Positions 1 through 9,753 of a DNA stretch of 64,000 nucleotides are shown here, piece after piece; within the stretch, counting starts at the first letter, position 1, and every line of letters begins with the position of its first letter. This DNA comes from Pseudomonadota bacterium (lineage in GTDB: Bacteria > Pseudomonadota > Gammaproteobacteria > Acidiferrobacterales > Acidiferrobacteraceae), in contig JAJYQN010000117.1 of the NCBI GenBank assembly GCA_021794595.1, positions 1,977 to 65,976 on the forward strand. The letters are read 5' to 3'. The position numbers and the translations under genes were made by a program. A model generated the notes under the pieces. The model was not told where the DNA came from. It made no database searches and worked only from the letters and a program-made list of their open reading frames with translations.

Positions 1-2
1 CC

Positions 3-1034
3 ACGGACGAGGCGGTGTTTCGGCAGGCGCGGGCCAACTGGCAGCGGCTATTGGACGGGGTCTTGCTGCGCGACTCGCAGCCGTCTTATTACTGTTATGA
101 ATTGACTATGGGCAACCATACCCAAACAGGTTTGGTGGCGACCGCCTCGGTCGCTGCCTATGAGGCGGGGCATATACGCCGCCACGAGCTCACCCGGCCC
201 GACAAAGAACGGGATCGGGCCCGCCACATTGAGGCCTTGAACGCCCAGACCGGCCCCGCCTTTTTGACCTACCGGGCCGATCCGCGCATCGGGGCCTTGT
301 TGCGCCAGTCGTCGGAACGGGCGGCCGATATTGATGTGGGGCAGGGCGGCGTCCGTCATCGTCTCTGGGCTCTGTCTCAGCCGGCACTGGTCGCCGAACT
401 GACCGATGCCTTCAATAGCCTGCCCCGCGTTTATATTGCCGACGGCCATCATCGCACGGCCGCCGCGCGGGTGGTGGCAAACACCCGCGGCGGGGAGGAC
501 GGGCCTCATCATTGGTTTCTGGCGGTGTTGTTCCCGGACCAGGAGATGCAGATCCTCAATTACGATCGGGTGATCGCAGATCTCAACGGCCATACCGCCT
601 CGGGTTTTTTGGTGGAACTTGGGAAGATCTTTCGGGTGGTGCCTGAGTCTGCTCCGGTCAGGCCGCGCGAGGCCGCTGAGTTCGGCCTTTACCTTGACCA
701 ACAGTGGTACCGCTTAAGCTACGTCGGTGTCCTTCCCGAGGATCCGGTCGCCAGGCTCGATGTGAGTTTGCTTCAGGATCGTGTGTTGCAACCGTTACTC
801 GGTATAGCGGACCCCAGACGGGACCAACGCATTGATTTTGTGGGGGGAATACGAGGCCCAGAGGCCCTAGCCAAGCGGATTGATGCGGACGGAGGGCTAG
901 CTTTCTGTCTTTACCCCACCCGGCTCAGCGACCTGATGACGGTCGCTGACCAAGATCAAGTTATGCCGCCCAAGTCGACGTGGTTCGAGCCCAAGCTGGC
1001 AGATGGCCTGATTTCTTATAGCCTCGACGATTAA
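3..1034 (+). CDS. DUF1015 family protein (5' end cut by window edge)
   Basis: The reading frame is open from base 3 with no upstream stop. The translation carries the DUF1015-type stretch HELTRPDKERDR...PAFLTY...YIADGHHR. The GTG listed at 15 is probably internal. Confidence 0.8.
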   Translation, partial: TDEAVFRQARANWQRLLDGVLLRDSQPSYYCYELTMGNHTQTGLVATASVAAYEAGHIRRHELTRPDKERDRARHIEALNAQTGPAFLTYRADPRIGALLRQSSERAADIDVGQGGVRHRLWALSQPALVAELTDAFNSLPRVYIADGHHRTAAARVVANTRGGEDGPHHWFLAVLFPDQEMQILNYDRVIADLNGHTASGFLVELGKIFRVVPESAPVRPREAAEFGLYLDQQWYRLSYVGVLPEDPVARLDVSLLQDRVLQPLLGIADPRRDQRIDFVGGIRGPEALAKRIDADGGLAFCLYPTRLSDLMTVADQDQVMPPKSTWFEPKLADGLISYSLDD

Positions 1035-1351
1035 GCTGGGCAGAGCCTTTGTGGCATCTCCTTTAACGGGTCGTTGGAGTCGAGCCCGTGAATCTTGAGC
1101 TTATTTCCCTTCGCGAAGTCGACCAGGAAACTAAAGGCGCTCGGGTTGACACCCTTCAGCTCGGGATCGAGCACGAGACACTTGCGCCCCTCAATGATCT
1201 GGGGCTGGAGATAGTGTGAATAACGGATGCGCCGATCCGTGCCAAAGGTGGAAAGACTCCCGCTAATGCGTTCTATCCAATCACTGGGTCTAAAGGTCCG
1301 TCCGTCTTCTGTTACCCCTTCTATGACTATCATGTGATGTGTTTCTACCAT
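1031..1351 (-). CDS. DUF3579 family protein
   Basis: 106-aa ORF with GRTFRPSDWIERISG...FLVDFAKGN. This matches my memory of the DUF3579 pattern (G..FRPSDWaERL). The start could be M1 or M7. Confidence 0.7.
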   Translation of the reverse strand: MVETHHMIVIEGVTEDGRTFRPSDWIERISGSLSTFGTDRRIRYSHYLQPQIIEGRKCLVLDPELKGVNPSAFSFLVDFAKGNKLKIHGLDSNDPLKEMPQRLCPA

Positions 1352-1421
1352 GTTATCGCCTCACCTCTTCCTATCTTACTAATCCAAAACTTCTGTCTTC
1401 ACAAGGAAGGATAGCTTTTTT

Positions 1422-2525
1422 TTACGGAAATTTAATGGTATTGGGCTCCATTCCGGACGAAAGGTTCCGTCTTGCCGCTTGAAGCGCGCAAGCGAGATCA
1501 TCATATCCAGTCTCCTGGATGTGTGCGTACAAGCCTTTAATGATCGTCTCGAGGAGACCCGGCCCTTCGTAAATGAGTCCCGTATAGATTTGCAGCAAGG
1601 AGGCGCCGGCCAGCAGATGGTCCCAGGCGCCTTGCGCATCCCTAATGCCGCCCACCCCGATGATCGGAATGCCGCCCAAGCCCTGAAAAAGCCGAGAGAT
1701 CACTCGTTTTGTCAGGGGGGCGAGCGGGGCCCCGCTTAAGCCGCCCTGTTCCATTGTGGTGGCGGAAAGCCCTGCGAGCGGGCGGGTCACGGTGGTATTG
1801 GTGGCGATGACCGCATCGCACTCGGTCGCGCGTATGACCTCTATCAAGGCGTCGAGCGCCTCATCGCTGAAGTCCGGTGCGATCTTCACGGCCAGCGGCA
1901 CGCGCCGCCCAATGGAGCGGGCAAAGGTGCGCTGATCCTCTTTGAGGGCGCCGAGGAGCGCCATAGCCGTCTCGGGCTCCTGAAGGGTGCGCAATCCGGG
2001 CGTATTTGGCGACGATAGGTTCACGGCGATATAGTCCGCGTAAGGGACTACCGCAGCGAAGGCCAAACGGTAGTCATCGACCGCTCGGGCAAGGGGCGTG
2101 TCGCGATTTTTTCCTATATTAACACCAATCGGGATAGTGTGGCGATGGCCGCGGAGCCGGTTTACGAGGGTCTCGAGACCTTGATTGTTAAATCCCATTC
2201 GATTGATGAGCGCGCCTTCCGCAGGCAGCCGGAACAAGCGCGGCCGGGGATTGCCGGGTTGGGCTCGCGGGGTCACCGTGCCTACCTCAAGGAAGCCAAA
2301 GCCTAAAGCGGCGAGCCCGGTCAGGGCTTGGCCGTCCTTATCAAAGCCCGCGGCCAGGCCCAGAGGATGGGGAAATTCAAGGCCAAGGGCTGTGACCGGT
2401 AGCCGCCATTTGGGTGGTCGCGGCGGGCCTCGGAGCGCGCCGCGCGCGCGGAGGGTCAGAAGTGCCATCTTATGGGCCGCTTCCGGCGGGAGCCGCAAGA
2501 GCCAGGGCCGCAAGCGCTTGTACAT
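1422..2525 (-). CDS. pyrD: dihydroorotate dehydrogenase (quinone), class 2
   Basis: Motifs GLAAGFDKDG, NRMGFNNQG, NLSSPNTPGLR and GVGGI are present. I chose ATG 2525 (MYKRLRPW...), which lies 1 nt after the stop of the upstream gene. Confidence 0.93.
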   Translation of the reverse strand: MYKRLRPWLLRLPPEAAHKMALLTLRARGALRGPPRPPKWRLPVTALGLEFPHPLGLAAGFDKDGQALTGLAALGFGFLEVGTVTPRAQPGNPRPRLFRLPAEGALINRMGFNNQGLETLVNRLRGHRHTIPIGVNIGKNRDTPLARAVDDYRLAFAAVVPYADYIAVNLSSPNTPGLRTLQEPETAMALLGALKEDQRTFARSIGRRVPLAVKIAPDFSDEALDALIEVIRATECDAVIATNTTVTRPLAGLSATTMEQGGLSGAPLAPLTKRVISRLFQGLGGIPIIGVGGIRDAQGAWDHLLAGASLLQIYTGLIYEGPGLLETIIKGLYAHIQETGYDDLACALQAARRNLSSGMEPNTIKFP

Positions 2526-2526
2526 C

Positions 2527-3243
2527 TTAGAAGCGCTCGCCGGCGGCAAGCTGCCGCCATTGCCCGGGCCCCAAGCGGCCCAAAAGGACGCGCCCGATCC
2601 GCACGCGCTTCAGGCTTTGCACCTCGTGGCCTATCAGGACCAGCATGCGCCGAATCTGACGTTTGCGGCCTTCGGTGAGCGTCAGGCTTACGGCATCAGG
2701 CCCCAGACGGCGCACCTGGACCGGGCGCAAGGCCCGGTCGTCCAAGCGGAGCGGACCGGCCAGCCGCTGGAGATCATGATCGCTGATGGGTTCAGTGACG
2801 CGCACGTGATATTCCTTTTCGATGCCATGTCCCCCTATGAGGAGGCGGGCTATGCGTCCATCTTCCGTCAGAACCAATAAGCCTTGCGAATCGATATCGA
2901 GGCGACCAGCTATGGCCAAGTCCGCAGGCACCCGTGGCGCTGGGCCGGGTCCTGCGTAGCGGTCGGGGGTGAGCAGCACATGGGCGGTCTGGTAGCCTTT
3001 CTCGGCTTGGCCGGAGACATAGCCGACCGGTTTATTCATGAGGAGGGTGACCCGGCGCTCTTGTCGGGCGCGGGCGGCCGGGGCGAGCGTGATGACGGCA
3101 TCGGGGGCCGCGCGCTCCCCGAGCGTGGCCGGCCGGCCCTCGACTAGCACCAATCCGCGCTCAAGATAGCTGTCGGCCTCGCGACGCGAGCAGATCCCCC
3201 GCGCCGCGAGTAATTTCGAGATCCGAACAAGGGGGTCGCTCAT
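2527..3243 (-). CDS. rluF: S4-domain rRNA pseudouridine synthase, RluF-like (RsuA/RluB/E/F family)
   Basis: N-terminal S4 motif [21 protein letters not shown], catalytic [22 protein letters not shown] and GRKRQIRRM. The overall pattern resembles E. coli RluF. The rluF versus rsuA assignment is tentative. Confidence 0.8.
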   Translation of the reverse strand: MSDPLVRISKLLAARGICSRREADSYLERGLVLVEGRPATLGERAAPDAVITLAPAARARQERRVTLLMNKPVGYVSGQAEKGYQTAHVLLTPDRYAGPGPAPRVPADLAIAGRLDIDSQGLLVLTEDGRIARLLIGGHGIEKEYHVRVTEPISDHDLQRLAGPLRLDDRALRPVQVRRLGPDAVSLTLTEGRKRQIRRMLVLIGHEVQSLKRVRIGRVLLGRLGPGQWRQLAAGERF

Positions 3244-3327
3244 GGCTGCCCTAGAATGACGGCTCTTTATTCAGAGCGGGTTGTCGGTTCAGCAAGCCAC
3301 TCTGTACAATGCGGCTGCGGAGGACAC

Positions 3328-5004
3328 ATGATAAAGCTTAACCGTTATAGCGCCAACATCACCGCCCCCAAATCTCAGGGGGCATCGCAGGCCATGTTGT
3401 ATGGGACCGGGCTGTCGCCGGAAGATATGGATAAGGCCCAGGTCGGCATCGGTAGCGTCTGGTTCGAGGGCAATACCTGCAATATGCACCTTTTGGACCT
3501 CGCCCGCCTAGTCAAGGAGGGCGTCGTGGAGGCCGGACTCGTCGGTATGCGATTTAATACCGTCGGAGTCTCGGACGGCATGTCCATGGGTACCGATGGC
3601 ATGAGTTATTCGCTCCAATCGCGGGATCTCATCGCCGATTCGGTCGAAACCGTCATGAGCGCCCAGTGGTACGACGCCCAAATCACCCTTCCGGGCTGCG
3701 ACAAGAATATGCCGGGCTGCGTGATCGGTATGGCCCGAGTCAATCGCCCGGGGCTCATGATCTACGGCGGCAGCATCAAGCCGGGCCATGCCCATGGCCA
3801 GACGCTCGATATCATCTCGGCCTTCCAGGCCTACGGGGAGTTTTTGGTCGGCAAGATCACCGAAGAGCAGCGTAGCGATGTGATTCGCCACGCCTGCCCC
3901 GGGGCCGGGGCCTGCGGGGGCATGTACACAGCCAACACCATGGCGTCCGCGATCGAGGCCTTAGGCATGAGCCTTCCATATAGCGCCTCGACCCCAGCGG
4001 TGGATGAGGCTAAGCGCGAGGAGTGTCGGCGCGCCGGGGCCGTAGTGCGTATGCTGCTCGAGCGCGACATCAAACCGCGCGACATCATGACCCGCGCGGC
4101 CTTCGAGAACGCCATGGTCATTGTGATGGTGCTCGGCGGCTCGACGAACGCGGTCTTGCATTTGATCGCGATGGCGCGCGCCGCTGGCGTATCCTTGACG
4201 CTCGCGGATTTTCAGCGGGTCAGCGACAAGGTGCCGCTGCTCGCCGATCTAAAGCCCAGCGGCAAGTACGTCATGGAGGATTTGCACGAAGTGGGAGGGG
4301 TCCCCGCGGTTATGCGGCTGCTCCTTGATAAGGGCTTGATCGATGGTGACTGTCTCACCGTGACCGGCAAGACCGTGGCCGAGAACCTAGCCGACCTGAA
4401 GCCCTTACGCGCGGGCCAGCAAGTCATGCGCCCATTCTCGGATCCCATCAAGCCCACGGCCCATATCCAGATCCTGACGGGCAACCTCGCGCCCGGCGGA
4501 TCGGTGGCCAAAATCACCGGGAAAGAGGGCTTGAGCTTTACGGGGCCGGCGCGGGTATTTGATTCCGAGGAGGCCATGCTCGCGTCTTTGAAGGAAAGCA
4601 AGATCCGGCGCGGCGACGTCGTCATTATTCGCTACGAAGGCCCCAAGGGGGGTCCCGGCATGCCGGAAATGCTGACCCCGACCTCGGCTTTGATGGGGGC
4701 CGGGCTCGGCAATGACGTGGCCTTGGTGACGGATGGCCGATTTTCTGGCGGTTCGCACGGCTTTATCGTAGGCCATGTGGTGCCCGAGGCGCAGGAAGGC
4801 GGCCCGATTGCCTTGGTGCAAGATGGTGATCTGGTGACGATAGACGCCGGCCGCCATCTTTTGCAGGCCGATGTGAGCGACAGCGAGTGGGAGCGGCGAC
4901 GTAAGGCCTGGATCATGCCGCCGTACAAGGCCAGTCGCGGCACCCTGTGGAAGTATATCAAGAATGTCCAGAACGCATCGCTTGGTTGTGTGACGGACGA
5001 ATAA
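3328..5004 (+). CDS. ilvD: dihydroxy-acid dehydratase
   Basis: IlvD/Edd signatures are present ([28 protein letters not shown]). The start is trimmed to ATG 3328 (MIKLNRYS...), giving 558 aa. Confidence 0.95.
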   Translation: MIKLNRYSANITAPKSQGASQAMLYGTGLSPEDMDKAQVGIGSVWFEGNTCNMHLLDLARLVKEGVVEAGLVGMRFNTVGVSDGMSMGTDGMSYSLQSRDLIADSVETVMSAQWYDAQITLPGCDKNMPGCVIGMARVNRPGLMIYGGSIKPGHAHGQTLDIISAFQAYGEFLVGKITEEQRSDVIRHACPGAGACGGMYTANTMASAIEALGMSLPYSASTPAVDEAKREECRRAGAVVRMLLERDIKPRDIMTRAAFENAMVIVMVLGGSTNAVLHLIAMARAAGVSLTLADFQRVSDKVPLLADLKPSGKYVMEDLHEVGGVPAVMRLLLDKGLIDGDCLTVTGKTVAENLADLKPLRAGQQVMRPFSDPIKPTAHIQILTGNLAPGGSVAKITGKEGLSFTGPARVFDSEEAMLASLKESKIRRGDVVIIRYEGPKGGPGMPEMLTPTSALMGAGLGNDVALVTDGRFSGGSHGFIVGHVVPEAQEGGPIALVQDGDLVTIDAGRHLLQADVSDSEWERRRKAWIMPPYKASRGTLWKYIKNVQNASLGCVTDE

Positions 5005-5013
5005 GGAGGCTAT

Positions 5014-5226
5014 GTGGCCAAAATTACCGTAAAGACCAACGGTCCCTATCTCGTGGATGGCGCTACCATCGTCGATGGCGAGGGGCGGCCGTTTCCGCTC
5101 GAGGCCGGGAAACCGGTCGCGCTCTGCCGATGCGGCGCCTCGGCGCATAAACCGTTTTGCGATGGGACTCACGTCAAGGTGGGTTTTCGTTCGGAGGATA
5201 CGGAGATCCCCGCTCGGGCAAAGTGA
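5014..5226 (+). CDS. CDGSH iron-sulfur domain-containing protein
   Basis: 70 aa containing CRCGASAHKPFCDGTH, the CDGSH [2Fe-2S] motif. Confidence 0.85.
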   Translation: MAKITVKTNGPYLVDGATIVDGEGRPFPLEAGKPVALCRCGASAHKPFCDGTHVKVGFRSEDTEIPARAK

Positions 5227-5917
5227 TCATGGCGCGGAGTGGCAGATGATCTGAGCAGACCCGGGTCACGTGGGTGGTCTCGGCCGTGAGCTCGATACGA
5301 GCCTCGGCGGGGGAGACGAAGATGCGATCCAGGGGCAGGACCGGGAAAAACGCGGGGTAGGTCGCGGGCGTTTTTCCGGCGCCATGGAGCGTTTCGTGCA
5401 AGGGATGAAGGCTGCGGCTGAAGGGCAGCCATTCGTTGAAGTCGCCCATGACGACCAGGGGCGCGCCGAAGGGCTGCTTTAGTGCGGCCATCAGGCGCAG
5501 CGCCTGGGCGCGCCGCTCCCAGGGCAATAAACCAAAGTGGGTGACGACCACCCGTACCACGCCCTGAGGGAGGCGAACATCCACATCCAAGGCTCCACGG
5601 GGCTCGTGGCGGCCGATACTGAGATCGATATGGCGCACCGCCAAGATGGGAAACGGGGTCAGTAGCAGGTTCCCGTAGTGGCCGTGGTGGCGGGCCAAGA
5701 GGGGTCCGCGCGCGGCATGCAGGCCGGTGGCGTGGGGAAGATAATCCATTTGCGCACTATCAAGACCGGGTCCCGAATGGGTGTCCACCTCTTGAAGTCC
5801 GATAATGTCAGCCTCCAGTCCCCGCAAAATCTCCGCCACCCGATCGGCGTCACGGGTCCGGTCCCGTCCCACGCAACCGTGAATATTGTAGGAGACGACG
5901 GTAAATCGGAGGCTCAT
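5174..5917 (-). CDS. endonuclease/exonuclease/phosphatase (EEP) family protein
   Basis: MSLRFTVVSYNIHGC...GLQEVD...GDFNEW...SDHLPL are EEP motifs. The start ATG (5917-5915) overlaps the stop TGA (5916-5914) of the upstream PLD gene as ATGA. The 457-aa track ORF is a 5' over-extension. Confidence 0.85.
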   Translation of the reverse strand: MSLRFTVVSYNIHGCVGRDRTRDADRVAEILRGLEADIIGLQEVDTHSGPGLDSAQMDYLPHATGLHAARGPLLARHHGHYGNLLLTPFPILAVRHIDLSIGRHEPRGALDVDVRLPQGVVRVVVTHFGLLPWERRAQALRLMAALKQPFGAPLVVMGDFNEWLPFSRSLHPLHETLHGAGKTPATYPAFFPVLPLDRIFVSPAEARIELTAETTHVTRVCSDHLPLRAMITLPERGSPYPPNENPP

Positions 5918-8052
5918 TTGCGCGTGCAGGTCACAGCGGTTTCTTTGGCGGCGCCATGAATCATCCCGCGCCGTACCCAGAGCGCGAGCGCCCCGAGAGC
6001 GATGCCGAGCAGAACGAGAACGATAAGCGGCTTTGTGACGGGGTTGCTCAAGGCCTGTGTGAGGCTGCGGGTAAAGAGCGTCACGGCCAATATCCCCGGG
6101 GCGACGCCGATGGCGGTGCCGAGAAGAAGGTCCCGGTAGCGGATCTTCAGGGCCCCGGCCGTAGCGGTGATTAAGGTAAAAGGGGCGATCGGTACGAGAC
6201 TCACCGCGATCATGGTTCCCAATCCCCGACGGCGCAAGCGATGACGAAGTTCCCGCCAGCGGTCCTTCACTAAGCGATTGAGGGCGCGGGTGCCGAGCAC
6301 CCGTCCTAGGGCGTAGTTGAGCGAGGCGCTCGATAGGCAGCCGAGAAAGGCGTAGAGCACGCTTAACGGAGGCGTAAAGGTGATGGCGGTGACGACGATC
6401 AGGAGCGTGACTGGGAAAAAGGTGAGCCCACCTGCGAGGAAGGCGAGCCAAAGCACGAGCGGGGCCAGGGCGAGCGTACCCATGCGGTGCAGGAGTGCGA
6501 GCAGGGGGCGCACGTTCAGCCAAGCGTGGAGCGGCGTAAAGTGCCACGTCGCAGCCAAAGCGCCCAGGGCCAGGATCGCAAGTGCGTTTCGAAATAAGCG
6601 GGTGGCGGCATGTTTGCGTACCGTCTCCGGGACATAGCTGGCAATAAGTTCATGCGGGTCTATGGCCCTTTCCGGGTCGGCGATGAAGGTCTCGGCGACC
6701 GGCTCGAGGGCCTCTTCCGGCAAGTCTTCCAGCGGCTCAAGATGACGGGGGCCCGCACGACACGATTCGATCAAGGCGATCCATGAGGTGTGGGCCAGAC
6801 GCTTTTCGGCCAGTTCGGCGCGAGAGAGCCCGAGATGCTCGCCGACCAGGTCCGCACGCAAGTTGGCGATGACTGCGCTGATCGCGGGGTCGTTATTGCT
6901 TTCCAGGCTCACGTTGCATTCACTATCAAGGCCCAGCGAGCGATTGTTGATGTTGGCTGAGCCCACGGTCACAAAACCCTCATCTACGATCATGACCTTC
7001 GAGTGCACCTTGATGTAATCGTTGTCGAGTCCGTCGATCGCCGGGTAATAAATACGTAGACGTTGTTTTTTATCCGCCGCGCGCAGGCGCTTTATGAGTC
7101 TTGCGCGCAATACACCCATAGTGCGTTGTTGAAGCCAGCCGGTCAGTTTATGTGGCAGAACGATGACGATCTCGGGTGGTTCCTCGCGGTCTAGGAGTGC
7201 GAGGAGGGCATCGCCTACGGCGGCGGCCGTGAGATATTGGTTTTCGATATAGATAAGGTCTCGAGCTTCGGCTAGGGTGTCCGCATACAGGTTGCGGATT
7301 TCGAGAACGTCCGCGCGCCCGTCATAGGCCGCCTCGGTACGGCTGATCGCGACCCTGACGTTCCGGAGCACCGGGGTCGCGGAAGGCGGCCAGGGCACGG
7401 TGGCCGACGATGGCAAGGGACGCGTGCGGATAGTCTCCCCGGTGGCGCGGGTCCAGCGGGTTTTCGCCAAGCGCCCGAGGGCTTCGGCTGCAGGTCCGCT
7501 GACCACGATCTGGAGGTCATGGAAGGGTCCGTAGGGTTTGCCGGCGGGGTCGATCCGGCGTGGATTTTCGGGCCTATGGTCGCGGCTGTCCCAGCGATGG
7601 ATTGTGAGATCAAGCCCGCCTGTGAACGCGACAGCATCATCGACGACGACGATTTTTTGGTGATGTGACCCTGCTTTGGGGTGTTCGCCATCGAGGTGGA
7701 AGCGAAGCCGTTTGTGGGTACGCCAGCCCAATTTAAAGGCCGGGAAGGGTTCCCGTTCGAGGGCAAAGAGGAGGGAGAAGTCCCAGCTCAGGATATAGCC
7801 GCGTAGAGCGTTTTTTTGGCGGATCAGGCGATCCAAAAGCGTGCCCAATTGGCCGCTCTGGTCGCTTGTTTGCCCTGGCTGCAAGGACATTCGGCTGTCG
7901 ATGTCCCAACCGACGATGATGATCGTGTTCTGTGCCCGGGAAACAGACTCCTCAAAGGCCCGGAAATAGTTCTCGGCATCGACCAAGAACGCGATCCGGT
8001 CCGCTTGGGAAAAGCACCAGCAATTCCGGCCCTCTTTTAATATGCCCGCCAT
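5914..8052 (-). CDS. phospholipase D-like protein (two HKD motifs) fused to a VTT/DedA (TVP38/TMEM64) membrane domain
   Basis: HKD motif 1 is HHQKIVVVDD and HKD motif 2 is HSKVMIVDEGFVTVGSANINNRS. The C-terminal ~230 aa is polytopic and hydrophobic, with DedA-like segments. Confidence 0.88.
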   Translation of the reverse strand: MAGILKEGRNCWCFSQADRIAFLVDAENYFRAFEESVSRAQNTIIIVGWDIDSRMSLQPGQTSDQSGQLGTLLDRLIRQKNALRGYILSWDFSLLFALEREPFPAFKLGWRTHKRLRFHLDGEHPKAGSHHQKIVVVDDAVAFTGGLDLTIHRWDSRDHRPENPRRIDPAGKPYGPFHDLQIVVSGPAAEALGRLAKTRWTRATGETIRTRPLPSSATVPWPPSATPVLRNVRVAISRTEAAYDGRADVLEIRNLYADTLAEARDLIYIENQYLTAAAVGDALLALLDREEPPEIVIVLPHKLTGWLQQRTMGVLRARLIKRLRAADKKQRLRIYYPAIDGLDNDYIKVHSKVMIVDEGFVTVGSANINNRSLGLDSECNVSLESNNDPAISAVIANLRADLVGEHLGLSRAELAEKRLAHTSWIALIESCRAGPRHLEPLEDLPEEALEPVAETFIADPERAIDPHELIASYVPETVRKHAATRLFRNALAILALGALAATWHFTPLHAWLNVRPLLALLHRMGTLALAPLVLWLAFLAGGLTFFPVTLLIVVTAITFTPPLSVLYAFLGCLSSASLNYALGRVLGTRALNRLVKDRWRELRHRLRRRGLGTMIAVSLVPIAPFTLITATAGALKIRYRDLLLGTAIGVAPGILAVTLFTRSLTQALSNPVTKPLIVLVLLGIALGALALWVRRGMIHGAAKETAVTCTRK

Positions 8053-8222
8053 GACGCCGAGATTACGGCGTCACCTCAGCCGCTGGTATCGGGCCTAAGC
8101 CTTTCTCGTCCTGGCAAAGCCATCGGCCGCCCCGCCGCAAAAACGACCTGCCTCCCGGGCAAAACAGTCCGCGGGCGGCCTCGCTGTTTCCAAAAAAGCG
8201 CGGCGGCGGGGTGTCGCTGGCC

Positions 8223-8459
8223 CTAGCCGGCCTCCTTGTGGGGAACAGGGCAGGCCGCGGCTGGCAAGACGCGCAAGAGCGCTTGGCTTAGCTCATGCAA
8301 GGCGACATCGCCCATAGCGCGAATGTCGGCTGTCGTGCGAATTGCAAAGGTCCGCGCCACGTGTTCGAGGCTCGCTTCATGGAAGCGGATGCCTGGGAAT
8401 CTTTTCCGGGCCTTGACATGGATAAGGATCTTGACCGCGTCGCTTTCACAAAAGCACAT
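8223..8459 (-). CDS. hypothetical small protein (78 aa)
   Basis: Third-position GC is high by eye. A GGAGG sits 7 nt upstream of the ATG. I recognise no family. Confidence 0.4.
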   Translation of the reverse strand: MCFCESDAVKILIHVKARKRFPGIRFHEASLEHVARTFAIRTTADIRAMGDVALHELSQALLRVLPAAACPVPHKEAG

Positions 8460-8752
8460 AGGGGAGCCTCCGAGGCAGGTGAAAGGGTCAGTGTGCAGCT
8501 GCGCCTAAGCCCAATCAAGACCTGCCCCGCCGTTAGGGGGAGGGTGCGGCGGAGGCACGGATGGGGTCGTCTCGCCTCGAAATGGCCGGGTCTAGCGGTG
8601 TATGGCCCTGGGTCGAGGGAAGGGGCCGCCTCGCCGGAAGCGGTCTCGGGCCCTTGGGCGATTACGGCAGACGGTGTAGCTGGTCAGACAGGCGCGCCTT
8701 CAAAAGCCCCCCACTGCTTGTTATAGTTAAAGTCGTGTGAGGTGTCTCTAAA

Positions 8753-9418
8753 ATGACCGACGAACCGATTGCCACGCTGTACCGTAAGCCCTGCCCGTCG
8801 TGCGCGCGGCAGTATGCGCGGGATTCACGCGCATGTCCTTTTTGCGGTTACGTGGAGACGATGGGGGGCGACCAAGAGGAAGATCAGGAGCGGCTGTATG
8901 GGGAGTATCTCATCGCGCGCCATCGCCAATATCAGGACGAGGCTAAGCGGCTCCGGCGCGAGGCGGAGCGGTCCCCCAACGATCCCGGCCGGACGCGTGT
9001 TCTGGCCCAGGTGGACGCCGAAATCGCGAGTCTCGAGCGTGAACTGAAGGTGTTTCAGGACAAGGTGCGGCCAGAGGAGGGGGCACAAGCGGCAGGTCCA
9101 TCCGAGCTGAGCCCCGCCGTGCACCATAAGAAAGTCCGACCAGAGGTGCAGACTGAAGAGCCAGAGGTACGGGCGCGAGAGGTAGACCCACCCGAGCGTG
9201 CGGTAGGTGATAAGGTCTGTCCCGCCTGCACGGCGACCGTCCCCCATGTCATCGAGCGCTGCGCCTGTGGGCATGTGTTCGGCATGGAGGTCATGGCCTT
9301 ATCGGTGTGTCCGCACTGCACGGCGAGTGTCGAGGCGGGCGCCGCTCGGTGTAGCTGTGGATATCCGCTGACGGCGGGGGCCTCCTTGTCTAGTATCCCG
9401 GGGCTCAGTAAACGCTAG
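8753..9418 (+). CDS. multi zinc-ribbon protein with a central charged coiled-coil-like region
   Basis: Cys pairs CPSC..CPFC (N-terminal), CPAC..CACGH and CPHC..CSCGY (C-terminal). The middle is E/R/K-rich. I recognise no named family. Confidence 0.6.
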   Translation: MTDEPIATLYRKPCPSCARQYARDSRACPFCGYVETMGGDQEEDQERLYGEYLIARHRQYQDEAKRLRREAERSPNDPGRTRVLAQVDAEIASLERELKVFQDKVRPEEGAQAAGPSELSPAVHHKKVRPEVQTEEPEVRAREVDPPERAVGDKVCPACTATVPHVIERCACGHVFGMEVMALSVCPHCTASVEAGAARCSCGYPLTAGASLSSIPGLSKR

Positions 9419-9753
9419 CGGTCGCCGCTTTCGGCTTCTGGGGGGAAACCCCGATATGTTTGTGTTGCTTCGAGATGGCGGATGCGGGCTTTGAGCCCGT
9501 TGATCTCGTGCAAAAGATCCATAATCAGAGCGACCATCTCCCAGTCGGCCTCTAGTCCTCGGCGTAGCCGCAAGGCACGATTGATGCGATCCCAGCTGGA
9601 GGCGGGATAGGTGTCAGCCGCGCTGGGTAGTACGAGTCCCAAGGCACTGAGAATATCGAGTTCCTCCGCTGTGACTCGGCCGCTCGCACACAACTCCGCC
9701 CGGGTCACCAGAGACGCCTCATCCAGGACGAGACCTCGTAGGGCCGTACTCAC
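9415..9753 (-). CDS. cbpM: chaperone modulatory protein CbpM (MerR-like)
   Basis: Lies downstream of cbpA. The GTG start (9753) overlaps the cbpA stop as GTGA. At 112 aa the size fits CbpM. The upstream part of the 197-aa track ORF overlaps cbpA and was rejected. Confidence 0.78.
   Translation of the reverse strand: MSTALRGLVLDEASLVTRAELCASGRVTAEELDILSALGLVLPSAADTYPASSWDRINRALRLRRGLEADWEMVALIMDLLHEINGLKARIRHLEATQTYRGFPPEAESGDR

Noticed and set aside
5918-6547. N-terminal 210 aa of the 457-aa track ORF (5174..6547, minus strand)
   Set aside because: It overlaps the C-terminal membrane domain of the PLD-VTT gene in another frame and is Arg/Pro/His-rich with low complexity. The EEP homology starts only at MSLRFTV (ATG 5917), which overlaps the PLD stop as ATGA.
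8053-8072. Perfect 7-bp hairpin (GACGCCG-AGATTA-CGGCGTC) abutting the PLD start codon, as a possible translational regulator bridging a distal GAGGTG
   Set aside because: There is no T-run, so it is not a terminator. A regulatory role is pure speculation from a single short hairpin in GC-rich DNA, where such stems arise by chance.
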